Assembly (NCBI GenBank): GCA_964276515.1
Contig: OZ193909.1
Span: 16,554,001 to 16,618,000 of the forward strand
Length of the DNA stretch: 64,000 nucleotides
DNA from: Gordius albopunctatus
Lineage: Eukaryota
Direction of reading: 5' to 3'
Part shown: piece after piece, positions 48,353 to 59,484 of the stretch
Layout: every line of letters begins with the position of its first letter
Position numbering within the stretch: the first letter of the stretch is position 1
Notes under the pieces: model-generated
Told to the model about the DNA's origin: nothing
The model's input: only the letters and a program-made list of their open reading frames with translations
Database searches by the model: none
Translations under genes and position numbers: made by a program

Positions 48353-50155
48353 ATGGAATTAAATTCCTCAGGCGGAGATACTCCAGGACAGATACCTTGC
48401 AAAGCTTTCCCGAGTCGAGATGATAACACCGTATCAACGGTGACTAGTACAGTCTCACTCAAGGGACTATCTCAATATTCATCCCTATCTTGTGTGCATT
48501 CAAACGAACTAAGTGACGGACATAAGCTTATTTCTTCAAAAATTGATGATGGTCGAATGGTTAATCACGTTTTCCAAGATTACATTTATAAGCTGGCGAA
48601 CGATAAAAGTTCAATCCCCATACCTATAAAATGCCCGCTTGAAGATCAATGGTCAAATCGGAATGAATCGCATGATTCAGTAAAACATGATTCATCATCG
48701 CTTGACAAACATAGTAGCGATATCAAATGGCTCCGTGGCAAATATCAAGAAGCTACCGTCATAAAGCCTTATACGTCGCATTATGGGCGTTGTCTTAAAC
48801 GGCCCAGACAAATGGAACCACCTAAACAACTTCAAGATGACAATGGCAATTGCTGTTACTTAGTAAGAAAAGGGGAAAAATTACCGAATAAGAAGCGATC
48901 TTCCAAAACTAAACTAAACGCGCCGGCTAGTAAGCAAGAGTTATTAGTCAAAATGACCAAATTAGATGCATTGGGTAGATCGCCAGAATACGCTAAAGCA
49001 AGCACTAAATGTACAGATATGATGGTAAATACTGAATCGATAGAAGACATTCGTTTTACACTTTGCTCCCTACAGCATAAAAATTTAGTCAAAGTGATTG
49101 ATTTATGCCTACAACACACCAAGGTTCATTCACAAACGTCGGTTAGCGGGCAAAAAGGCACTTTTATCAAAACAGACCCTAATACCTTAACCGATATTGA
49201 ATTCCCACGCTTAAGGTTAGCCCTGGTGTTGGAATATTGCTATAACATTGGTACTCTCGACCAATTAGTCAAAGCTAAAAACCCTTCGATCTTACCAGAA
49301 TTGGTATCAAGATATTACTTCGCACAGATGGTCTCTGCTGTTAAGTATCTCCACGATCAAGGCGTGGTACATCGAAACCTTAATTGTAAAAATATTTTAC
49401 TTAGCCAGAGTAACGAAGTCAAAATAGTTGGTTTGGAATCGGCGAGACGTCACGAAGACGCGTATGGTGTCTTTTGGGAGATTAGCAACGATATTAGTTA
49501 TAGATGTCCACAGATGATTAAATACGATGTCTATAATCCTAGAGGAGCCGATGTTTGGGCTCTAGGCATAATATTGTTTAGGACAACATTTGGTAGACTA
49601 CCATTTTTTATTCATTATCGCCTACATTCAGATCATAGAAAATCGCATAATTCATCGGATCTCAATGATACAAAGATTGGAGGATTAGATGAGATGGGTA
49701 CGCAAGGTACTAATGCTTCCCAATCTAAATGTGAAAATGAGAATTTTAGAGAGTTGTTACTTGAGGTAAATGAACGAGAAATGGGAAACAAACTTAAATT
49801 TCCGCCAGATGTTCAAGTATCATCTACTCTAAAAGAATTATTAATCGGAGTACTACAAGTGGAAGAACGCTGCAGATCTAGCATTAATAAAGTAAGTCAG
49901 GAAGACTGGTTTCTCGATGAAAATAAACATCCACTTATATTTGGTAATGAGCATCAAACCAACATGATTGATCCTACATCGGGAATCGAATTTCTATTAA
50001 GGAAAAACTTTTCAAACCCAAAAAATTCTGGTCGCAGTCAGGGAGACAATGTTAAAGGATCTTTTGCAATAGGAAATTATCATCTAATACGTCAGCCACT
50101 TAAGATTACATCTAGTCTCGAAGAAATTGAACATAAAAAGGGATGGTACATATAA
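48353..50155 (+). CDS. Intronless CAMK-group (TSSK-like) Ser/Thr kinase-fold protein, probable pseudokinase
   Basis: 600-aa ORF with LQHKNLVKV, LVLEYC, YFAQMVSAVKYLHDQGVVHRNLNCKNILL, SYRCPQMI, YNPRGADVWALGIILF..TFGRLPF; HRD is HRN and DFG is GLE. Confidence 0.88.
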   Translation: MELNSSGGDTPGQIPCKAFPSRDDNTVSTVTSTVSLKGLSQYSSLSCVHSNELSDGHKLISSKIDDGRMVNHVFQDYIYKLANDKSSIPIPIKCPLEDQWSNRNESHDSVKHDSSSLDKHSSDIKWLRGKYQEATVIKPYTSHYGRCLKRPRQMEPPKQLQDDNGNCCYLVRKGEKLPNKKRSSKTKLNAPASKQELLVKMTKLDALGRSPEYAKASTKCTDMMVNTESIEDIRFTLCSLQHKNLVKVIDLCLQHTKVHSQTSVSGQKGTFIKTDPNTLTDIEFPRLRLALVLEYCYNIGTLDQLVKAKNPSILPELVSRYYFAQMVSAVKYLHDQGVVHRNLNCKNILLSQSNEVKIVGLESARRHEDAYGVFWEISNDISYRCPQMIKYDVYNPRGADVWALGIILFRTTFGRLPFFIHYRLHSDHRKSHNSSDLNDTKIGGLDEMGTQGTNASQSKCENENFRELLLEVNEREMGNKLKFPPDVQVSSTLKELLIGVLQVEERCRSSINKVSQEDWFLDENKHPLIFGNEHQTNMIDPTSGIEFLLRKNFSNPKNSGRSQGDNVKGSFAIGNYHLIRQPLKITSSLEEIEHKKGWYI

Positions 50156-50286
50156 TTTAATAAGGTGTTTATGCATATAATTTATATTAAAATGGTTTTG
50201 AATTGATAGGTTAAAAGAATAAACCGTGATTTTTAATTAGTTTTGAATGCAACCATACGTTATATCTTGTTATAGGTTAGGGTTCT

Positions 50287-52243
50287 TAGAGGTCTGCTTG
50301 GGACAAAATTTTAGGTTCGGGCCCGGCCCATACCCGCACAAATTTTATTTTTTTTGCCCCGCACCCGGCCCGCAGAAAAATCCCAAAAATTGCGCAGCAT
50401 CAGGCCCGCACGAGTAAAAACAAGTCTACTTTCTTTCAAAATTACTTCTTTGTATAAAAACTATTTTGCATTGTTCAAAAAATATAGCTATAGCATATAA
50501 AATCTGTTTTAATCAAAAATGACAATTTAATATCAGGCAATAGTTTTGTTCCTCTCTGATCTATAAGGCGACTTGCCTTACTGACTTCACTCGTAGAACT
50601 GTTGGCTGGAATTGTCAAAAACTGACTAGCTAATTTTGTTAAGTTTGGTATCATAAGTAGGTGTCCTTTCCACCATAAAATTACATCTAGCTTAGTCTCT
50701 TCAGGTTTTTCCCGTTTCATCATCGTCCCAAATAGAAAATATGAATTTCTTAGTGTTGCAGCTGGATTACTCTTAGTTGGGCGACTTATGCAAGAAGATC
50801 TATTCAAGAAGAGTCACGATGTTCTTAAATCATTTCTTTAAAAATTCTTGTTACCGTAGGTTTTAATAAGCTTTTTTTCATATTCGGGTAGCATTTTTAA
50901 CGAGCGAAGCTAAGAAACAAGAATAATATTAATTGCTATGCAATTTATGGGCTCGCTTTTTGTTTTCCGTACGTTGTCCGTCCGTCCTTCCAACGTTCTG
51001 ACTTGCTGGTTCGATACCCGGAGAGGACAAAAAAATTTTTTTAATTAAATTAATATATTGTTCTCGTTAATACCATTGATAATATGACTTTTTGGCCGTC
51101 CACTGGCTACTGATCAATTTAAAAAAATGACCATTGGCTAAATTGTGATTCGAATTTTTTTTTCGTTTTTGAATTGGTATATTAGGTTAACATTGATCAA
51201 TTACCCTATGCCCTCCCCTAGAAGGGCCTATGCCTCTACTGATATGGGTCCGTGTGCCCCCCCCCCTACAAAAGCCTATGCATCTACTGATGTGGGTTGG
51301 AATCCCGGAGAGGGCAAAAAAAAATTTTTAATTAAATTATATGTTGTTCTTGTTAATACCATTGATAATATGACTTTTTGGCCGTCCCCTGGCTACTGAC
51401 CAATGAAAAAATGGCCATTGACCAAAGTGAAATTAAAATCAATTTTTTCCTTTGATTATAATTATAGGCTAGTTATTTGGTTGTCTGCTAACCATTAGAA
51501 AAGATCACCACTGGCAAAAGTGATGGAAAATTTGTATAAATAAAATTAGCTAATCATTTTGCATTTAATACCCCCCTATTCTCGCCCATAAATTCCATAC
51601 CAAATATGCTACTTTTATACGGAGTATAGATGAGTTTAGTTCCCCCTTCCCTTCCCTTCCCCTCCTCCCCTTCCTACGAGGGCCGAAGGCCCGAGTTTTA
51701 TAATAAATATCGATATTCGACCTTGAAATTAGTATAATTTGGGCTCTTGACTTCAATTTGTGGATCTTTAAGTCAACAGGATCACCATTATACCTATGAC
51801 TAGGAGGTAGAAACAAATTTGCGATGCTTTTTAATTATGTATAAAAGGGTAATATTTTATAGAGTGTTAGTGTCTTACGCACTTCTAACTAGATGCTTGC
51901 CTTTTCATAAGGTGAAAGCATATTAATTAATAGAAATATATGTTTTTTTGGAAATGTTTCCCTTCTCCAGATAAAAAACTGATTATCATAGATCTCATGC
52001 AACTTTTTAACATTATAATTTTTGAGTTGCACCAGATTGTTAGGGAAAATAAACTTTTTTATTGTCAGGCTAATAAGTGATTTTTTTGTTTCTATATTAG
52101 AATTATAGTAGAAAGTTAAATAAATTCAATTTTTTACTTTTCAAAGCCCAAGCCCGACCCGCACTTTTTTATTGCTCTATTTTAGGCCCGGCCCGCGTGC
52201 CGGGCTTGGGCCTGCCAGCTGGCTCGACCCATGCGGACCTCTA
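50287..52243 (-). mobile_element. Non-autonomous hAT element
   Basis: TIRs TAGAGGTCTGCTTGGG / CCCATGCGGACCTCTA; 8-bp TSD AGGGTTCT; GCCCG subterminal repeats; hAT dimerisation-domain remnant at 50475-50807 (LWWK...PNLTKLASQFLTIPANSSTSE). Confidence 0.9.
50933..51700 (+). mobile_element. DINE-1/HINE-like element, copy 2, nested in the hAT element
   Basis: Same 5' end, GTCC microsatellite, subterminal inverted copy (~51584-51604) and GGGCCGAAGGCCC stem-loop as 19333-19922; longer internal tandem repeat. Confidence 0.75.
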
Positions 52244-52284
52244 AGGGTTCTGTCCTATAATTAAAAAGCTTTAATAGTTTTGCT

Positions 52285-53007
52285 AGCGAAAAAAACTAAT
52301 TTTTGCGATAATTTATCAAATTATTCACTCTTTTTCTTTATATCTTTATATTCATTGTGAAATCCATCATATATCAATGGTATTGCACGAATATTATTGA
52401 TAAGATCGTTGTAACGAAGTGGCCGACCGGTAGAACCCTAAGCTCCCGTATACTAGGCTCCCGTATGACAATAACTCCGATTCTAAACCAAGAGACTAAA
52501 TCAAAAGACAGAGACTGTTTTATTAGGTGGATAAGGCTTTATATACACATAGCGAAAGACATATATAAAAGTAGTAATCAATTAAGAGATAATGTACGGT
52601 GTAAACTAAGGTATATTCAAATGGCTAAGCGTATATTCAAATATCTGTGACCGCGCTCAAGTATAGGAAAGACGCGTGTATTCAAATTGCAACCTTGAAT
52701 GCCGCTACACTACAATCGTAATTATTCTATAAATATATAAAATTATATAAAAAATACATAAATACCAAATTCTATTTTTTAACCATCGCGCGAAAAGTAC
52801 AAAATGATTTGTATCTTATCTTCGTTCGCTTTTTTGCCGCAGGAGAAAATAATCGTCTGCGGGTTCACTATGAACACCTCCTATTATATATATGATAAAA
52901 TTCACGATGAATATAAAGATATTTAGAAAAATAATGAAAAGTTTTATAAATTAGCACGAAAATTCATTTCGCTTTTTTTCGCTTCACGCGTCATTACGAA
53001 CGCCGCC
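52285..53007. mobile_element. PIF/Harbinger-type MITE family 1, copy 2 (left end eroded; contains a solo LTR)
   Basis: Colinear with 43850-44301 after removing 52410-52719; ends CGAACGCCGCC-TTA. Confidence 0.8.
52410..52714. mobile_element. Solo LTR (305 bp)
   Basis: TGTAAC...CTACA termini with 5-bp TSD ATCGT; the empty site is visible in the other MITE copy (~44001); AATAAA on the - strand. Confidence 0.88.
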
Positions 53008-53939
53008 TTATGAGTATTTATGACAATCGGTTAATTAATTGGATTTTGTATTTAAGGGTTGACATTAAGGCGCCTACAAAAAAAGCAAACATTACTTCCA
53101 ACATAAATCTTTTGCTACAATAAATGGTATAAGAAACTGTTAATAAATTATTGCATTTGCGTCATCTAATTTTACATTAAACACACTATCACTATTCCTA
53201 ATAAGCTTGTGTTAGAGTCTCGTTCACAATATTTAAAACATTATACATTTCATTATTATTGTGTTAAGGGTTTAGTTAGAACCTCCCATTGACTTATTTT
53301 TTTAAATTTTGTTATAGAAATATAGGGAGAAACTCAATTATTTTCATGGGACTCTTATTAGTGTTGTATTTGAGATTAAATTTTAGATTAAAATCTGCTA
53401 ATGCTAAGACAATTTATCAAAAAAAGTATTCTGTTTATATTGCCTGTTTTTATTAAGAAGAAATTTTTTATGTAAAAAACTATCTCATACTCTAAAATGG
53501 AGGAGAATTTAAACCTTTAACATGCTTTTTAAAACTTACTTTAGAATACTTGTTTTAAGATGCGAGTGTCATTAATACTAGACAAGAGCATAATTATAAA
53601 ATACAAATAATTGTCAAAGTATAAATATAAGTTTAAAAATCCTTTTGCACACTTCATTTGTTCATCTTACTTTTAAATCTCTCTAATGTAGAAACCGAGT
53701 GTGCTAATTTTACAGTAAAGATTGATGATAAGTTTAACTAAGAATTAATAATCCTCCTGGTTTAGTAAAAAAATTTATTCTACTATTAATGATCATGATC
53801 ATGACATAGCAAACTTTAAAAATGTAGTTGGCGTCAACAAAGTTAAATATTCCGGTCTGCCCGGCCAGCAAAATTATTAAAATAATGCTTTTGTTTTTGT
53901 ATTTTAAGTAAAAGAAAAGGTGTGTTTTTTTAAATGTTT

Positions 53940-54290
53940 ATCCTTCTTCTTCTTTATCAGTTATTTGGTTTGAGTGCCCTGTCTTAACTAATCTCTTTTG
54001 CTTTCATAACTTTCCCGACTTGCTTTTTCCACGTGACACATGGTCGTTCGTTTCATCTCTTCCCAGGTACTTCCATATCCAGCACTTTTATATTTACGTC
54101 ATTCGTGTCCCTTCTTGTGATAGCTTTTCTTCCGTGGTGTTTAATGCTTCTGTTTCACTTCCATAGAGTAACACCAGTCTTACGGTTGATTTGTAAACTT
54201 TGTTCTTCAACCATACTGGTATTTTCTTGTCGAACATTACACAGGATATAAATAGCCATTTAAGCATCCTTTCTTCATTTGAGTAATCTC
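53940..54290 (-). mobile_element. RTE-like non-LTR 3' end fragment
   Basis: Similar in reverse to 46780-47010 (VLDMEVPGKR..RPCVTWK and AAG-rich tail). Confidence 0.55.
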
Positions 54291-55432
54291 CATGATATAT
54301 TAATTTTGAAATGTATTGTTAAATAACTTAAACTGTTATTCGAGTAAATTTTCACTAGGTAAGCGCTACCTTTCTGATGGGTGTGGAAATGTAGAGAATA
54401 AAATATAAACAATTTTATTTATTTTACTGATGATGGGCTATATTTGCTCGAAATATCGCGTACCATTCCCTCTACTCATTTTATCCAACGAACCCACCGT
54501 TTTTGATATTAAAAAGGATTGACCTTAAATAATATCATTAAATATTATGCTTCTCTTTGCAGGTAAATTAGGTCTAAAAAAGATATTAAATAAAAGATGG
54601 CTCAATCTAATTTATAACTCTACAGAGCTAAAATATATTTATTAAATATGCTAAAAATTAATTGCACTATAGCGGGTGAGTGAACACTATTTTTATTGAG
54701 AGTAAAACACGTTGATTTATATAAGCATTAAAATATTTAAAAATAAAATTACTTAGCCGCATATCAAAATATGAATTCAACATGTAAAATTTGTCTAAAA
54801 TTAAGAAAATAAAAATTATTCGATTTTTCTATTTTGTCCTAAATAGATATAAAAAAATATATTTAGGCCACATTGTTTTGACCCTATTTAGTCATAATAT
54901 AAATAAATCTTTAACCAAAGATTTGGATTTAACTAAAAAATGTATTAAGAAGTCCAAATATTTAATGCAAATATGCTGTAATTTTATCATCCTACCCCTA
55001 TAAAAATCTTGAGATTATACAATAATTTTAAATTTTATTTACACTCCATATCGTTTGTAACTAAAGGACCCCTCGCTAACCATCTGTTTGGAAGAAGTAG
55101 CTTAGGTAAATTTTTAATTATAATTTATCATTTCGTTTGAGATCAAATGTTTCTTTTCTATGATTTTTATTCTGAATATTCTTAAATTTAAAGGTAGTAA
55201 TTTTTATATTTTTAATTTATTTAATCTTTATTACAAATATAAATACTAATCTTTTTCTTTGACAATTTGTCAGTTTATGTTATTATATAATGTGGCACTT
55301 AAAAGTTATTTACACATTTAATCCATGATCTATATTAAATGCGCATACTTTTAAACAATTAATTAATATTTAGGGAAAAAGGAATATTTGTAATAATTAC
55401 TAAATTTAAATTTTTTGCATGTTTACATTTAG

Positions 55433-56149
55433 ATGAAGACTAGGCATGTTAATTATGGCAGTTTACAAAATGTGTCCATCAGGGAGGCACCCCCAAGTCA
55501 TGGTGAATCAGATCATGATGAATTGGCAGATAAATTAGATAATAATAATTTACAAATTCAAGAACAGGAATTCCTTAAGGATCAAACAAGTGAGGATGAA
55601 GGACCTGAATGTGTGACTTTTGCTGAAGGACAATCTGAAATCACCGGTCTAAATCAACTAGTGGCTGCTCAAAAAGCTAGAGTAAAGAGTGAGGCAAAAT
55701 TAAAGAGAATCAAACACTTGGAACAATTTAAGGCTCAAAAAGCCTCCAAATCTATCAAGCCAAAGAGCAGGGATATCACCCCAACAAATAAAGAAGGTTT
55801 TATACCAACTCATATTTTGAAGGATATGTCCAAGGCAAAAAAGGTTGAATCAATAAATACTCCAACACTTAAAGAAAAACCAGGCTCTAAAGCCAAATTA
55901 AGTCATTTACCATTGGATCAAGTTTATATGGCTGACGCCAAAATTATACATCATGCCCAAGGGTCTATTAAAGTGGTTAAATTAGAGAAAAAGGAATATG
56001 CAGTTGGACCCATTGATAATAAAACATTAGAATATAGGCGTAATCGTTTATTATTCAATTCACTTAGTATGCCCAGGCAATCTATGGATTCCTGCTTGGC
56101 TTATCAACGCAAACAACACATTATAGGATTTGATCGTTTAGCTACATAA
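55433..56149 (+). CDS. 238-aa charged protein, possibly NOL7/Bud21-like nucleolar protein
   Basis: Single ORF preceded directly by a splice acceptor (TTTACATTTAG|ATG). SEDEGPECVTF followed by a basic helix resembles the DEAPEEVTF block of NOL7-like proteins. Family call is from motif recall only. Confidence 0.6.
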   Translation: MKTRHVNYGSLQNVSIREAPPSHGESDHDELADKLDNNNLQIQEQEFLKDQTSEDEGPECVTFAEGQSEITGLNQLVAAQKARVKSEAKLKRIKHLEQFKAQKASKSIKPKSRDITPTNKEGFIPTHILKDMSKAKKVESINTPTLKEKPGSKAKLSHLPLDQVYMADAKIIHHAQGSIKVVKLEKKEYAVGPIDNKTLEYRRNRLLFNSLSMPRQSMDSCLAYQRKQHIIGFDRLAT

Positions 56150-57686
56150 ATTTAAAAATTTAATAATTATATATATTTTATTTGTATAATGACGTATGAG
56201 GTCGTTTTTTATATGTGTATATATATTAATGCATATAAAACAAGTGTAGATTGACTGTAAACTGGTGTTATCACCCCCCCCCCCCAAATTACCTCTTTAG
56301 GGCTAAAAAAATCCTGCTGAGCATGGGCGTAGCCAGGGGGCGGCTGCCCCCCCCCCCCTAATTTAGAAAAAAAAGAAAAATTTTAATACAAAAACCCTTA
56401 AAAATTAAAAAAATTATGTTTTGCCCCCCCCCCCCCCCTATTTGAACTTAACTCAAATAAATACAAAGGTTTATATTAACGAATTTACACATAAATTTAA
56501 ATTATTTTGGTAAAATTAAATCTAAATTTGAGATTTTAGATTACTAGTTGCGATTGTGTTTGTGTAGTCATTATTTATTTCCTATTCCTAAAATTAATAC
56601 ATAAATACATACAAATTAATTTCCCTAACAATTTCAAATTTAATGGATATTCCTACATACTTTATTAAAAACGGTAAGTTAAAAATTTTTATTTTGAATC
56701 TGTGATCTTAAAAATATTTACAGGGCCATTCCATGTCGATCGATTTGTCAAAAAAAAGACTATTTTCGACCGACCATCTCAGATCAGGATAATTTTTGGC
56801 GAGGGTGTAGGCCTCATTTATTAGAGTAATTTCTGAAAATTTTGGCCAATACCTTTTAAGTCATGGACGTTTAAAGTGCCAAAATGACGTTCGGTATCCT
56901 ACTATGGATTTTACTACTTTTGTCATATTTTTGAAAGTAATGGCACTATTCAATCAAATTTTGGTGCATTTTGTTCCTAAAAAATTCTCCATCGAACTAA
57001 TTTAGCAAAACCCCCCAAACTTTTGCGGTTACTTTTTTGTGGTCAAATTAGTGAAAAATCATAAAATCCTATTTGTCCATCATTTGAAATCACCAATTTC
57101 ACAATGTGCACTCCTTTATGACCCATTATTATATTTCAGTCATAAAAAGTTTGGGAACGGCTACGAGATGGTCAAGAATTCGAAAAATTACATTTCCACC
57201 AAAAATATATATAGATGGCGGTATAATCAATTATCACAAGAACATATTATGATGTTTTTATTATCAAATTGCAAATTTATAAAGAATATATGGTAAATAA
57301 ATAATATTGGATTTAAAATAAACTTAAATTTTGAACTTTTATCTACGCGATGGGCAAGTAACCGAGTTTGAAAATAACTTTAATTGTGATTAAAATAAAA
57401 AAATGGTCACAACTAGCAAGCAAAATTTTTTAAAACACCTTTCATCCTGCATAAATTTTTTATTTTTAGCATGGATTATCAGTACAAAAATAAAAATATA
57501 TGAGCAATTTCGCCATCATATTTGTATTTGTTTTTTTTCCAATCTCACATTAATTTTAGCCTACCCCTTTATCATTTAAGCTAAAATGAAAAAATAAAAC
57601 CTATTATTGCTATAATTTTTTTTTGGTTTTTACTAAGTTTACACATTTAAATTTTTAAAATGATGAATAATTATTCAGGCTGCACA

Positions 57687-57813
57687 CATCGGCTTAGCCA
57701 GGTTTTGGATTAGGGGGGGGCAAAACGTTTAAAAGTTCAATTAAAGGGGGGCAAAACAAAAAAAATTTCAAAGTTTTTGTCAACCGCCCCCCCCCACCCT
57801 GGTTACGCCCATG
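57687..57813. mobile_element. Short hAT-type MITE (CATGGGCGTAGCCAGG family)
   Basis: Degenerate TIRs with 8-bp TSD GCTGCACA. Confidence 0.8.
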
Positions 57814-58124
57814 GCTGCACACCTTGTTAATTTGTTTAATGATGACAGTAGGTAATATAATTAATTTAAAAAACATTTCAATTGCATTTTAACCTAAAAA
57901 ATGATCTTTTAAATTTGCTTAGTAATTTTAAAAAGTCAATATTTTATTAGTCTTATTCGCATCATAGGCTGCTGATATTCAAACCTACTCTTAAGGCAAT
58001 TTGAATTATTTATTCTCATTGTTTTTGGCCTTGAACTAGTGTTGTAAAAACGGCTGAGCATTGTTTGCTCGACCTATGGTTTTGACAGACCGAGGTTTTT
58101 TGGTTTGTTTTTATTCTAGACTTA

Positions 58125-58473
58125 GGGCTTGTCTTAATATCGGATTCAGATTCAAATCCCGCGAAATTATCTTTGTCTAAATATCCGATGATTCAATTTC
58201 ATGGATCAAACTTGGTGGATATTATGAATATTTTGTTTTTTGATAGTTAAAAACGTATTTATGTTTATTTCAACTCATGAGATTAGATCTAAACTTTGCT
58301 GTTGCCTAAAAATTTAATAACATACAGTACTCAGGAAAAATCTTGCATCCTACAAAATCGTTGTTATGTTATGCGTCTAAAATCGAAATCAGATGTTAAG
58401 ACACGCACACGACTATGTTAAACACATATGACGATTTTTGCTGCTCATCTAAATCCGATATTAAGACAAGCCC
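58125..58473. mobile_element. PIF/Harbinger-type MITE family 2, copy 4
   Basis: Perfect TIRs GGGCTTGTCTTAATATCGGATT with TTA TSD. Confidence 0.9.
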
Positions 58474-58518
58474 TTAGTCAAAATTTAAAATACAGACCAG
58501 AGTGGAGCGTTAGTCTTA

Positions 58519-58795
58519 GGGTGCGTCTTAAAATGCGATTTTGCATAGATGCAAAAAAACGAATGCATGTTAGGACATAGCCGCGTCTTAATACGAGCGT
58601 CACCTCATTTTTTTCCTATTTTCGTTTTTTTTGTGCTCATAAAACAAATAATATTTATCCTTTAATTACGCTTATTAGTGCATATTATTCATGTGGTGAC
58701 TAAACTAAAATTGTTGATTCCACATGTATATCGCCGCATATTTAGACAAACAAAAATATGGCGCTTGAAGTTGAATCGTATATTAAGACGGGCCC
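58519..58795. mobile_element. PIF/Harbinger-type MITE related to family 2
   Basis: TTA-GGGTGCGTCTTAAAATGCGATT ... AATCGTATATTAAGACGGGCCC-TTA. Confidence 0.75.
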
Positions 58796-59057
58796 TTAGA
58801 TGAACGATAGGTCGACCAAACAAAAACCAGTCGTTTTTCACTACCTTGAAGGACGTTAATCTATTTCTAGGACATAAAACAGAGTGTGACAATGTCAATT
58901 TTGGCAAACCCGACAAATACGATAATTACCTTTAAACTTAATTCAACCCGAATGAAAGCTGTAACCCAAATTTTATATCGTGAATTATTTTAGATCGGAA
59001 GATAAGTTAAACGCTGCAATATAACTGCCGTAAATTTATCATTTTTTGAACGTTGTA

Positions 59058-59330
59058 CGGTCAAAGCCGTTTAATTGCAAAGCCTATGTACATTATATTA
59101 AATATTTATTTCTTACACTTCGCAATAAAACGATATTTTATATAATTATATGGTTGATTTAAGGACTCGAAAATGTTTGTGAATATCCGATATCGTACTA
59201 TTAAGCGATTTGTCAATAAACGATGTTTTTTTTAATATTATCGTTTGAAAAAAACAAAATGGCGGTTAACTTCCTTCGCGATTAGAAGATTTTAGCGATA
59301 ATCCGATTTGCGATTAAGAAGTTTCAACTG
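59058..59330. mobile_element. Tc1/mariner-type MITE, copy 2
   Basis: Homologous to 36099-36438, TA-flanked, with an internal deletion. Confidence 0.7.
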
Positions 59331-59484
59331 TAGTATTAAAAATTCAAAAAAATGCCTGGAAGAGTTGTGCAAATTCTATTTTATAATTTTTAACTCTAAC
59401 ATTGTGTGTGTGGGGGGGGGGTGACCCTGGCCTGGGGGTCCTTGATCTGTTAAAACAAATTAACTTTAAGAAACTACTTATGAC

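Noticed and set aside
51145..51816. Short ORFs in the DINE/HINE-like element
   Set aside because: They arise from internal tandem repeats and are not preserved in the other copy.
56720..57300. Possible DNA transposon end (GGGCCATTCCATGTC) and 85-aa ORF
   Set aside because: No convincing partner TIR or TSD, and the ORF has no recognisable domain.
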